NCBI GenBank assembly: GCA_020891255.1
Contig: BQFW01000004.1
Coordinates: 620,001-684,000, forward strand
DNA from: Entomortierella parvispora E1425
Lineage: Eukaryota > Fungi > Mortierellomycota
DNA length: 64,000 nt
Direction of reading: 5' to 3'
How positions within the stretch are numbered: position 1 is the first letter of the stretch; each line of letters starts with the position of its first letter. Positions 36,633 to 47,865 of the stretch are shown here, in pieces. A program made the translations under genes and the position numbers. The notes under the pieces are model-generated. The model made no database searches. It saw only the letters and a list, made by a program, of their open reading frames with translations, and was not told the DNA's origin.

Positions 36633-38946
36633 GATCGTGAGTGTGCTTGGGTATTTGGCGTGAGGGATGAACAAGTATTCTTTTGTGAGGAGGAGAGGGG
36701 GGAGGAGGAGGAGGAAAGGGAGGAAGGAAAAAAAAGTGAAGGGTCAGCGCTGAGACTTGGATGATGGCGAGCACGAGGCTATGTTTTTGTGTCCAAGAAT
36801 TAAGATCGACGAATCGTTTCCGCAAATTGCGGCCGACGAGGAGGATTCAACTCTAATGATAATGATGATGATGATGATGATTGTGATGATTGTGATGATG
36901 ACTGCGTGATGTTGTGAAGATAATAGCCGGACGCATTTACCCAAGAGATGGGGCACATCGACGGGGATAGAAAACACACAAAGGAAGAAACGTAACTAGT
37001 TTCAAGGGCAGAGTAAACAAACAGGCCTGGCCAAGTCCACATCCACTGCACCGATGCTCGAGAGTGGAAGAGCGATGGCAGCACGAGGAGGAACAGAAGC
37101 AATCTATCTGTCCTGAAGAAAAGCAGTAGGGGAGGCTACGGCGCGCAGCGGGAGGGAAAAGCACACGGACCAAGGAGAGCACCGCCAAATGGTTTGCTTT
37201 CGCCAACGCATGCCTGACATTGCGTGCGAGCGAGCGCTTGCCACACAGAAAAAAGAAAAACTGAGAACAGGGAATTCATGGATAAACTGAGATGGACTCA
37301 AGCTAGCGCGCCTGTGGTACACCATTTCATATCGGAAAAAAGAGATGGAAAGGGGGTGGGGACCGAGTGCCAATTCAGGTTCAGACCCAGGTCCAGATCA
37401 GGTCATGTCATCATGGCTCCCTTTTCTTTCTCAATCGTCTAGAAATGACTATCATTATGATCATTTTGGCTCAATTACTCAACTATAGTGGGCCCTGCTA
37501 GTGCACCTTGGATCCTGTTTCGATGGCTCCACCCTACAACGCTCCAGTCGTTAAGAGTAACACTGGTGCAAAACGGCCCTCATCCTCTCTACGCTCTGTA
37601 TGATAAAGTCTGATAAACCTCCTCTTGGGCGCGAATGGCAGCAGGAGCCAGTTGAAAAGTAAGGGATCCAAGGGATCGGCAATGACACCAATCGTTCCCC
37701 AGACTAGCCCAAAACGAGCCAATATCTCTGGCGCCAGGAGGAATTAACCTCACACGACCCAAAAAAACACTCAATTGCGATGATCATCTCTACTGTACCT
37801 GTTTGGATCTAGATCTTGAGGAGAGGGCCGATCCGGGTATCTTTGTCAAAGTTAAGGGAAGGAAAAAATGTTCGTAGTCTGGGATGATAGTGGATGGACA
37901 AGTGGTTCAGACTGGTGGTGGTGAGGGCGGGATTGCAGCTAGGGATGTAGGCAAAAGAGAAACAAGCTGACGAGAGTTGTCCTGATCGGAGGAATGCTCT
38001 GTTCTTTTTATAGTTGTTGAGAAAGTGACTGAAAAAACAATCGACAGATGGAAAGACGACTGGAACAGGAAAAAAGGGGAAAGACGGTGGTGGTGGGGGG
38101 GATGTAGGGAAGAACCATCCTGGGTGCAAAAATAGATGTGGGGGAGTGGCACGGCTAGCACAAAGATAAGTCCAGGCGTGGGGATTATCCAGTGTTGCCT
38201 CTCTGCAGAGATATTCCGTTCGAACAGAGATGAACAGCAAAAGAAACATCGATATGGCATGGCCACACTCGTGGGTCGCGCAGGAACAAGATTACAAAAG
38301 CAACACCGTGAACACCGCCCAGGTCTTTTTTTTTTTTTTTTTTTTTTTTTTTGTTCTGGAGTTTTGATGGATCAACACAACAAACAACAAACAGCTTTGC
38401 AGAGACAAGTCATGGGTAAACACTTTTGACCTTTCACCCCGGTGTTGTGGCGGGGCCCTGGGGAGTCGAAAATGGATGATTGTTGACAGTCGGTGAGAAA
38501 GGTGAAGGCGCAAGCGCACAGGAACGACTGATCCTGATCCAGACACCACATGCCGAGAGTAGAGCATGTAGTTGTTTCTCTTTTGATAAAGAATCCATCG
38601 CTACAGCAACCATGATGAGTACAAAGTGTAATGGGAAGAGTTCTGAAAAAGATCCTATCTTGGGCAAACAAGGAGGCATTGAGTGCCTATGTATGGCTCC
38701 TTTCCTCCTTCCCCTTCTTGTCGGTTGTGGAGTGCATCAAGGGGAAAGGGAACAAGAGCGCAACCTCGGGTGTCATCCCTACAAGCTGCATATTCATCAG
38801 ATCATGACCCCCTCGTTTGAACGCCTATTGGTAGAACGTTAGATATGCAGTGTATGGAGTATGGATGGAGGATGGGGGCACGTTGTTTGAAGCACAGCCT
38901 CTAGCCTTTTCTGCAAGATTGATCTAATTTATTCAAAGCATTTTTT

Positions 38947-40323
38947 TTATAGAAGAGTGGTGATAATTGCGAATAACCCAACCAAGGCATTGGGAAGGAC
39001 TTCATTAAAACCATCGAATCGCCGCTTGCCCATGGACGACGGCTTCAAGGGGGAGATGACAGATCCCCCTGGTACTGGCTCGCCAGAAAGTCCTTCGTTT
39101 CCGAGCGAGGCACTTGTTACATTGACCTTGGCAATCCCAATACGGTTGGCGCCTGGCGTGAAATCATATACGGCGTAAATCTGCCTCAGAAATGGGTCGC
39201 CGAGGATGTACATTTCATAATTACCCAAAGGCATCACTAGGGAGACACACGACGAAGATCCTGGACCTGCAGCGGCGATATAGTCTTGATAGGGTACCTC
39301 GTACTGAACTCCATTGAAAGAGATCCCAAAAGAATAGTTTCCCGTGCAAGGCAATGTGTAGAGCTGATCCGTGGCAGAGAAGGAGGATCCAGGGATGTTT
39401 GCGTGGTAAGCCTGCGCGAACGTGGTGGGCACAGCAATGAAGGACGTTCCCGTGTCGAAGAGCCAAGGTGATTTGCTATATCCATTTACTGGCACTCCTC
39501 CGACAAAGACATTGTCAGCGTCCACGTACCACATCCCTGTGCGGACCCCTGGTGCTGTTGAAATGGGCATCTGGTTCAAAGATCCCACGTACTTTGTCTC
39601 GTCGATTCCTCCAAATAAGAATGACCCTCCTTGGCTCTGCTTTAGAGTTGCCGCCAAATAAACCGAAAACACGTTCATGTCCAGCAGCTTGTCCTTGTAA
39701 ATGGTCGCTAGTGGTGGAATGGCGTTTGCGACGGGCGAACTTGGCATCAAACCAACGAGACCAGAAATACCAGGACCATAGCTTGAAAGATCCAGGCCGC
39801 TCCGCGTTATATCCAAGATCTGTTGGTTCTTGACGATGAGACCTCCTAGCGTGACCGTATCAGCAACAATCGGTCCACTACCCCATGTACCGTCGCCATA
39901 AGAGATATTGTACGAATAGGGTGTCTTTGCGCAGGAAGTGCAGGTGTAGTGGGTCATGTCGTTGCAATGCGTTCCTTGGCATTGGTTCGAAGTGATTACG
40001 ATCATGTCGCTGCCCGTGTCAAAGATAACTTGGAACGATTGAGGCGGATTCCCGAGTTGGATAGTGCCCGCATATCCCAGATTCTTGGCATTGGTCACAA
40101 CAGAGTTGCCAAGGTACTTTGAGGAAAAGAGCTTGCTGCCTAATGGGTTGCCCATGCTCGTATCAAACGATTCAGCTACGGGTTTCTTGACAAACACTTC
40201 GACCGTACCCGCATGGATCGGTGATGGTGCCGATGATAAGGTGCTGAGGAGGAAGAGGAGGAACAGAAAACCCTTGGGGCAGCACTTTAAGCTGGATTGG
40301 GGTGGTGGTATTGATGTCGACAT
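38947..40323 (-). CDS. Pepsin-like (A1) aspartic protease, secreted, possible GPI/TM tail
   Basis: Two catalytic motifs, FDTGS (D at 40020-40018) and FDTGT (39456-39454), plus YAGTIQLGNPPQSF, ISYGDG, ILGDPFLRQIYAVYD and a hydrophobic C-terminus. Likely start is ATG 40323, with hydrophobic signal segment FLFLLFLLSTLSS. Confidence 0.95.
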   Translation of the reverse strand: MSTSIPPPQSSLKCCPKGFLFLLFLLSTLSSAPSPIHAGTVEVFVKKPVAESFDTSMGNPLGSKLFSSKYLGNSVVTNAKNLGYAGTIQLGNPPQSFQVIFDTGSDMIVITSNQCQGTHCNDMTHYTCTSCAKTPYSYNISYGDGTWGSGPIVADTVTLGGLIVKNQQILDITRSGLDLSSYGPGISGLVGLMPSSPVANAIPPLATIYKDKLLDMNVFSVYLAATLKQSQGGSFLFGGIDETKYVGSLNQMPISTAPGVRTGMWYVDADNVFVGGVPVNGYSKSPWLFDTGTSFIAVPTTFAQAYHANIPGSSFSATDQLYTLPCTGNYSFGISFNGVQYEVPYQDYIAAAGPGSSSCVSLVMPLGNYEMYILGDPFLRQIYAVYDFTPGANRIGIAKVNVTSASLGNEGLSGEPVPGGSVISPLKPSSMGKRRFDGFNEVLPNALVGLFAIITTLL

Positions 40324-40512
40324 TGGTCGTGTGGTCACTCGTGGTTGCCGGTGGGAGCTTGCTGTTGTTGGCGATGATAATGCTGTTAATAAGAGGGAGG
40401 GAGAGCGCGAGGTCGATAAAGAGGATGGTGCTTCCAGCCAGCGCTCGAGAAAGGAAGGGATGAGTGAGGGCAGAAAAGAGAACGCTGTGGTCATGGGCAT
40501 GTGGTTTACAGC

Positions 40513-40626
40513 GGAGTGTATCCTCTGGATTGAAGTGTATCCTCTGGATTGAAGTGTATCCTCTGGATTGAAGTGCATCCTCTGGATTGAAGTGTATCCT
40601 CTGGATTGAAGTGTATCCTCTGGATT
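40513..40626. repeat. 19-bp tandem repeat (GAAGTGTATCCTCTGGATT) x6
   Basis: Six head-to-tail units with only two substitutions and no spacers, ~190 nt upstream of the protease ATG. Confidence 0.97.
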
Positions 40627-41482
40627 GGCTTGTGCAATGCTGCACAGTGAGAGAGCTCGGAAGACGACAAAGCAACGGTCGCTGCGAGAAAAGAGATTGT
40701 GACACAACGGAATGGGAGAGAATGGGGAAAGAGATGCAGCCAATGGAGGTGTGGATGCAATGGACAGAAGAAAGGACTGCCAGCCCATGTCTCTCCTCCT
40801 CACTCTTGGCTTGGCTCTCTCTTCTATCTCTGCCATTGCATTCGAGAGCGTCTCCCTCCCTCTTATCTCTCTCCGCGCATCGTCGGTCGACCAAAGGCAA
40901 AAGAAAAGAAAAAAAAAAAAAAGGTGTCTTACTGTACGTCCAAGACGCGTCTCTGCCCGCGTGTCACGGCCGCGTCTCTGTGCCAAAGAGACCCCTATAG
41001 TCATTGCTACCCTACTCTGTGTAGGAGCTCACCTACTTTATGTGTTTCCACGCTGTTGTGGCCCCACTCAATCCTGGTTCAATAATGTTTATGGATGGAT
41101 GCCCCTTTCTATTGCTCTCTTCCATCGCTAAACTCATGACCAGACAGGCACGCATCTCCCTTTGCTCTCCGTGAAGAGCCATAGCTCCGTGTCATTTCCA
41201 CGTAACCTTTGCTCTCGCCCCTGTCCAAGATCATATCGGATATGCACTGCTATGTAGCTAGCTGTATAACCGTCATTGCCGTCATTTTTTTCTTTGGGGT
41301 AACGAGCTCAACGCATCGGTCATTCTTTTTGACAACAGCGGGTCGGCTATCATTAAGGGTATACATTTTTTTTATTGCAACTTTGATCTTTCTACATACT
41401 GCGGTCTAAAGCGCCTAGTAAATAAAGAAGTGGAGTGCGAGACCAAACTATCTACAACCTGAGCAAAGCCGCGTGGTCGTCG

Positions 41483-42225
41483 TTGCAGCCCCGAAACGAC
41501 TCCAATGGTACCAACCATCGGACACGCTCTTGTGGGCATCACTTTACTCTGCTTTTCATGACTTGTCAGCCTTCCGACCCCCTGAGCAGGGACAGCTCAA
41601 AGCTCCGTTGGCATCGGCTTGTTCTGTCGTCACTGCTTACCAAGGACTGCTCCATTCGGCTCTGATCGAGGCCTGGAGGCCAATTATTAAAGGCCCTCGC
41701 TCTGTCGTGGTCGCCGTTGCTCATCAGTTTATTCGTCGTCTGGACAGGGATGCCTTAGCTCGGCTCTGGAAGACGCGCTGCGAAGTGACTATTGCATGGG
41801 AGAAGACACAAGGTATCCGCCCCAAGATGAAGAAGCAAGCCCAGACTGGGCAACCGTGGAACAATGCCTCTGGTACGATCTTACCACCGGACACTTGCCA
41901 ATGCGGAAAGCCTAACACCGACCACCATCAAGGCCTCTGCCCTGGTGCCCAAGACAATCCCACGCTGGCCGACCAGCGCTTACTGGCTTGTGTGCGTGGC
42001 CAGGTTCACTTATCGACATTAGAAAAGATGGGGAAGATCCATTTTTTGTAACATTTTACTCTTCTTTATTACACGGTGACGAGCCGTGGCATTTGTTGCG
42101 CGGGGATCCGGGGTCTTTGTTCGTCTGGACCACGCGGCTTTGCTCAGGTTGTAGATAGTTTGGTATCGCACTTCACTTCTTTGGCTCGACATAGCAAATA
42201 AAATGTTGCAAAAAAAAAAAAAAAA
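41483..42225 (+). mobile_element. 5'-truncated non-LTR retrotransposon copy nested in the previous element
   Basis: C-terminal ORF2 coding sequence to the stop at 42051, then 3'UTR and a 16-nt poly-A (42210-42225), flanked by the exact 20-bp repeat GCAAAGCCGCGTGGTCGTCG (41463-41482 and 42226-42245). Confidence 0.85.
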
Positions 42226-42881
42226 GCAAAGCCGCGTGGTCGTCGACCGCCACACAACTTTGCCTAGTAAGCGACAACGGGCAACACACGCAGGCCTTTG
42301 GGCAGTTTTGGCATCAGTAGTAGCAGAACGTGAGGGCCGCACAGAGGTTGAGTGGGTGCGTGGGCACAGTGGCGACCAGGGCAACGAAACGGCGGATGCT
42401 ATCGCAACAAAGGCGGTTGAACAGGACACGACACCATGGCAGGCGGACCTCAGCACCCAGGACGACATCACCTTTATTGCATCTTGCCATGGACAACAGT
42501 TGGAGTCCGACTTGCGCCAGTTCCTCAAGCAACAGACCACTATTCGCCGCCACCAAACATGGACAGCACAGAATCGAGTTAAGAGAGCGATCAGCGACTT
42601 GGACGACGTGGAGTGGCGATCTGCTCTCTCGATCATCCACGCCAAACGGCCAGTCCATACTTTCTTCAGTAGCAGAGGGGACACTACCCGACGCACACAG
42701 CACATCGAAAAACTGCATGGGATGCTACCAACACTCACAGTCATGCAAGCGCGCTACCCAGACATGTACGAAGACGCACTCTGCTGTCGATGTGGCGACG
42801 CGCAGGAGGACAACAACCATGTGTGGACTTGTCCGAACTCAGTCAACCAACAAAGGCAGATATGGGAGGAAGCAGTGGCCA

Positions 42882-43338
42882 CTATTCCAAAGTGGGGCAG
42901 AGCTGCCATCACCAGAGCCAATGAGGAAGCTACCAAAAGACATCGTAAGCAACAAGCCCGCACACCCAACGTTGCCGCCCCGAGAGCACTTCAATGGCAT
43001 CAGCCATCGGACACGGCTCTGTGGACATCACTGTACGCTGCATTCCACGACTTGCCAACAATAAGATCTCCTGAAGTGTAACAGTCCTTGGTAGGCAGTG
43101 ACGATCGACCGTGCCGATGGCAGTGGAGAGGCAGTCTGTCCCACTTCAGGAGATCTTATTGTTGGCAAGTCGTGGAATGCAGCGTACAGTGATGTCCACA
43201 GAGCCGTGTCCGATGGCTGATGCCATTGAAGTGCTCTCGGGGCGGCAACGTTGGGTGTGCGGGCTTGTTGCTTACGATGTCTTTTGGTAGCTTCCTCATT
43301 GGCTCTGGTGATGGCAGCTCTGCCCCACTTTGGAATAG
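42882..43338. repeat. 197-bp perfect inverted repeat with 63-bp spacer
   Basis: 42882-43078 is the reverse complement of 43142-43338. The ORF track shows an identical translation on both strands. Confidence 0.95.
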
Positions 43339-43446
43339 CACATCATTAAGGGTATACATTTGTGCACGTGACTTGATGTCGAGACCGGTGAAACAGTAAC
43401 TGCTATGAAGACTTCAAAAGAGAACACATAACATCAAAAAGTGTCT

Positions 43447-43518
43447 GGTCTGCTGGCCCAATGGAAAGGCGTCTGACTACGAATCAGGAGATTGCAGGTT
43501 CGACCCCTGCGTAGATCA
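43447..43518 (+). tRNA. tRNA-Arg(ACG)
   Basis: Acceptor stem GGTCTGC/GTAGATC, D-arm TGGCCCAATGGAAAGGC, anticodon arm TCTGA-CTACGAA-TCAGG, T-arm GCAGG-TTCGACC-CCTGC. Confidence 0.93.
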
Positions 43519-43610
43519 TAGGAACTTTCTTTTTATAACCAACGTGTTTTTTTGTTTAGCCCCGCGCGTGGCATTCTGCCACGGAAGGAAGGTGGATTTT
43601 TTTTTCGAAG

Positions 43611-44308
43611 AATCTAACCAACGACTCAGTCGTTTGTTAGTTTTCCACCGACCATGGGGGGACTTTCCTTTTTGAGCCTCTTATCCGTCGACCTTGACAT
43701 CTCGTATCCGCCGACCATTAACCACCGACCCCTCTCTAAACCACCGACCTTCCTGTCTCTCATCCACCGACCGCTCTCTAATTCGCCGACCTAACCATTG
43801 CCGTATCCGCCGACTTGTCTTCATCTTATCTGCGGACGACCCCTTCCTTAGTCCTCGACCTAACCAAGGTACTTTGTTCATGTCAACGAAAAAAAATCTA
43901 GATCGGTGACTTATAGACCGGCGGTGTCTTTCTCACCAACCGCTGTCCTTTCGAGCAGCCGGTCACCAACAGCAGAAGTTTCAAGGACCCAGCTGGCCAA
44001 GCTACAAGGGAGATATTGCTAGACACATTGGTATAAGATCCATGGTATCTACTTTTCACAAGTTCAGGAGAGAGTAATTACTTCGCAACTTTTGGTAAGT
44101 TTGAACCCCCCCAAAATTCCACAAGTCGGCGGCTACGGAAGTGTCGGTGGTCAAGAAACGGAGTGGTCGGCGGATGAGGGGCGGATTAGAGAGGGGTCGG
44201 TGGTTAATGGTCAGCGGATACGAGATGTCAAGGTCGACGGATAAGGCGCCCAAAAAGGAAAGTCCCCCCATGGTCGGTGGAAAACTAACAATGGTCGTTG
44301 GTTAGATT
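43611..44308. mobile_element. ~700-bp MITE / non-autonomous TIR element
   Basis: ~130-bp imperfect terminal inverted repeats (AATCTAACCAACGAC..GTTAGTTTTCCACCGACCATGGGG..CCGACCCCTCTCTAA at 43611-~43745 vs ~44186-44308). No coding capacity. AT9-like runs on both flanks may be a TSD but this is not resolvable. Confidence 0.75.
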
Positions 44309-45887
44309 TCTTATTTTTTTTTGCTTTACTCTGTCAAAGGTCTCGTAGGCAACACTGATGTTCATTCTCGATCAAGAGGCGACATACAGTTGAAAGACAG
44401 GCGGAGGAGGATATGGCCCCACTCCCTGATGGGTTTGCGCCTGTGGTATACTCCCCGGGTTGAGGTGCCAGTAGATCAGGAATCGAGGGGGAAGTGGAAG
44501 GAAGATAATCGGGGTGGAGTAAGACCAGCATGGTCAATGGGCCGATTTTTTTTTTGTCCAATTTTTTTTTCTCCTGACATTCACACTTTCACTCTCGCAC
44601 AAACTCCCCCCAAAACACCACACAACCCTGCTGCTGGCGCCCCTCCTTTCTGAGGCTCTGCTCGGGCTTCCACCCTTCGCGCGAAGACTACTTTCTGGAC
44701 TCGGTTCAGGCTGACGTCTTCACTTGCGCTATGCGTAAAGATTGCTGGGGGGCACTTAGCTCGTGCTGACGCACTCACGTTGATTTGCTAAGTAGCGGGG
44801 AGAAGAGAACAATGAAAAAAAAATCGATTGGTAGCGGCAACGCATGGTTGAGATAAGCAGAGCTGTAGACGCTAGGATCGTAGACGCTTTTTTGCAGGTA
44901 GATCGAGTATGAAAAGGTCATGGTTGGAGGATACCAAGGTCGGAGGAGAACTAGTCTATCAATAATTAGGGGTTGGCTGGACAATGGCGCGTCAGAACAG
45001 GCCCACCGCATGGCCGGTTCTGGTGACATCCCTATGTTTGTACGTACTACAGCATCGGCCTAGTTTATATCTATCTCCTACAAAATTTCAGGTACTCTGT
45101 TGATCATGTCCTATTTGGTGTTTGTCTGCCTACCAAGACTATGGGCATTCTCATGGAACACCACTGGACAAAAGCTCGAAGCAGTCGCACTCTTCATGTA
45201 GCTTGATGGCACTTTTTTTTTTTTTTTTTTTTTTTTGGCAAAGGACCCCCGAGGGGATGCCCGATGGACTGTGGCGGCCTACCTGCCAGATAGCTCTCCA
45301 GTTGCGCACATTCCAGATCCAAACTGTGATCCAGTCCAACAAACGACTCGATCGGAGAGAATAATAGAGGAGTTTGGGAATCGGTTTTGCCACCAAACGT
45401 GTGATAAAATTTTTCCTGTCTTGAAGAGGTGACCAAAAAGATTTTTCTTCTTTCACTTTTTCTTTCCCAAGCCCTTCTTCATCCTCCCTTCGCTCTCTCG
45501 TTATTCACTATTCACCTCATACCACCTCGCCGACAGTTGCCACCACGATGACTGCAGCACCCTTATTTGCTTGACTTTTTTTTTTTTTTTTTGCGGTCGT
45601 CCATCCCCCATTGTTGTATCGACACTCCCAGTCCAGCTCCTTTTTGACAAGAAACCCCTGGCAAGGTGCCCCACCACCACTCCTTGTTCATCACTACCTC
45701 TTCAACAGCACACTTCCAGAGCTTTTCCTGGTCCACCCAAGTCCACCTGGGTCCATCTGCCACATTCTGATACCTTTGACAATTGCTTTGTTGTTCGGTT
45801 GCCTGTTGTTCGGTTGCCTGGTCAACTGGGTCGGGTCAAGTGCCCAGTTGACCTAGTGGACCCACCGACAGGAAGCTCAGCACCTCC

Positions 45888-45927
<40 letters not shown>

Positions 45928-45928
45928 A

Positions 45929-46370
45929 CCTCACCACCTCAGTGTTCTTTCAAACTTGCCTACCTGCCTGCAGACGTTTCGCTGTCGACTTGAGAAGAAA
46001 GAAAAAAAGCGATCCCTTCCAGAGTTGTTGTTCTTGCCGACAGTGAGTGGCCTGCCCTCCACCCCACCACCACAGCACCTCTACTCGCTCTCTGTGCCTC
46101 ACCACCTCAGTGTCCTTTCAAACCTTCCTACTTGCCTCTCTGTCTGCAGACGTTTCGCTATCGACTTGTCGACTTGAGAGAAAAAAAGAAAAAAAAAGCG
46201 ATCCCTTCCAGAGTTGTCGTTCTTGCCGACAGTAAAAGGGCTGCCCTCTACCACCCCACCACAGCAGCTCTACTCCCCCTCGGTACCTCACCACCTCAGT
46301 GTCCTTCCAAACCTGCCTACCTACCTCTCTATCTGCAGACGTTTCGCTGTCGACTTGTCGACTTGCCAAA
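45929..46370. repeat. ~170-190 bp degenerate tandem repeat x2.5 inside left arm
   Basis: CCTCACCACCTCAGTG..GACGTTTCGCT(G/A)TCGACTTG units begin at 45929, 46097 and 46286, and are mirrored at ~58001-58425. Confidence 0.85.
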
Positions 46371-46427
46371 AAAAAAAAAAGAAAAAAGCGATCCTTTGCC
46401 TTTCCCCTCGCACAAAAGCAAAAGCAA

Positions 46428-46499
46428 AGGTCGATGCGAGGTTCGAACTCGCGTTGCCTGATTCAAAGTCAGGAGTACTAACCGCTATACTAATCAACC
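46428..46499 (-). tRNA. tRNA-Gln(TTG)
   Basis: Reverse complement of the 53263-53334 tRNA, identical over 72 nt. Confidence 0.93.
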
Positions 46500-47059
46500 A
46501 TTTTTGTTATTGAACTTTCTTTTCAACTTTTTCTATTTGAACTTCCGTGCCTGTGTTTGCACGTGATTTCATCTTGAGAAAACCAAAGTTGTCCCTGCAT
46601 TTTTGCATTTTGCACCTCCTCGGCGCCTGCGCTGCATCTTCGGGATAGTCACGGATCGATGGATCACCGTCAATTGCCATGGGTATGTTCGAAAAGGTCT
46701 TGGTCGTCGGTAGAGAAGGTAAGCATGAAAAAGATGTGTTTTTTTCCTTTTTTTTTTGATATCACACACGAACAAGCTACAGAATTTGCTGCGCGGGATA
46801 TCAGCAGCACGACTAGACTCGGACACCATCGAAATGTCAGTCTTTGGGCACTTTTATTGAACAGTTTACTTTTACTCCTACAATTGCGAATAAATGCTGT
46901 TAAGGACGAATTAAAGAAAATTATAGTAAAAAAATCAGTGAGTCATGGTCGTGGTAGAGGACTCGGCAGTGCTAGAATCAGCTTGGTGGGTCCACTAGGT
47001 CATGGGGTGAGGTAGAAATCAACACGTTGGCTCGGGGTATCGCGACTGGCAATCGCTGC

Positions 47060-47093
<34 letters not shown>

Positions 47094-47865
47094 CCGGCAT
47101 CGCGGTCATGGCTGGGCAGAAAAATCCGATCCATCTCTGTGGAATATCCTCTTTTTTTTGACGATATTTCCCATGTACAAGCCAGGGGAAGAATCAAAGC
47201 CGGATTACTAGAATGCTCCTGCAGCGAATGTATTCTGGTATGTCCTCAAGTAAAGTGAAAGACCGATATGATTGAGGTAGACCCGCATCTGGGACGCAAT
47301 GGTGACACACATCTTGAAGCAGGGTGCCATTTTATCAGCGGTGGAATCCAAAAAAAAAAAGTGAAGAGCTGTCATCAATCAATCTGAACGTAGAATGACA
47401 ACGAGTTGAACTTTTTTGAATCTGTGATATGAACGATTTAGGAGTTACGGGTAGAAGACTGTGTTGACTGAGAAGGAGTCTTATATTTGGAGCTGCTTGA
47501 TCAAACCGTCTGTTGTTTTCCTCTGTTCGGGAAAAGATGCTTTCTGTGCGTCTCCCGGCACAATTAGCAGACTCTCCAGTAAAGGCGATGGATTTTGAAA
47601 CTTGCATCACGAATTATCTTTGATAAAGCTAACCCGATGAAGTTTGAAGGGAGGTGAAAGGAATCAGCTGGCATTGAGCGATCGCTCAACAAAGAGAGTC
47701 AAAAATTATATCGAGCAAAATCAAGAAGTGTTGATTGTCATGCTCTTTGTTGAAGGCGCAATTGCAACGTACCAGACTAAGTAGACGCATTATGTATGAT
47801 GGAGGCCTCATAAAGATCATTTATTTGTAGACTGATATTGAAACTCTATAACGGTTTGTCATTAC

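Larger units (their letters stand above)
41366..43341 (-). mobile_element. Rearranged non-LTR retrotransposon insertion (RNase H-bearing family) with internal inversions
   Basis: Poly-A (T-run 41366-41373) and 3'UTR lie on the minus strand. The plus-strand RNase H/zinc-finger segment at 42243-43078 reads EWVRGHSGDQGNETADAIA..CCRCG..EDNNHVWTC, and a minus-strand segment follows at 43338-43079. The direct repeat ATCATTAAGGGTATACATTT at 41349-41368 and 43342-43361 is consistent with a TSD. Confidence 0.75.
45661..47159. repeat. Left arm (~1.5 kb) of large inverted repeat
   Basis: 45661-46380 is the reverse complement of 57991-58912 (diverged, ~190-bp indel). 46381-47159 is the near-identical reverse complement of 52602-53392. 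Confidence 0.92.

Noticed and set aside
40513-40626. 19-bp repeats as a CRISPR-like array
   Set aside because: Units are contiguous with no spacers, the context is eukaryotic, and there are no cas genes.
40324-41004. N-terminal 228-aa extension of the protease in the ORF track
   Set aside because: It runs through the 19-bp repeat and A/T runs with UTR-like composition, and the signal peptide begins after ATG 40323.
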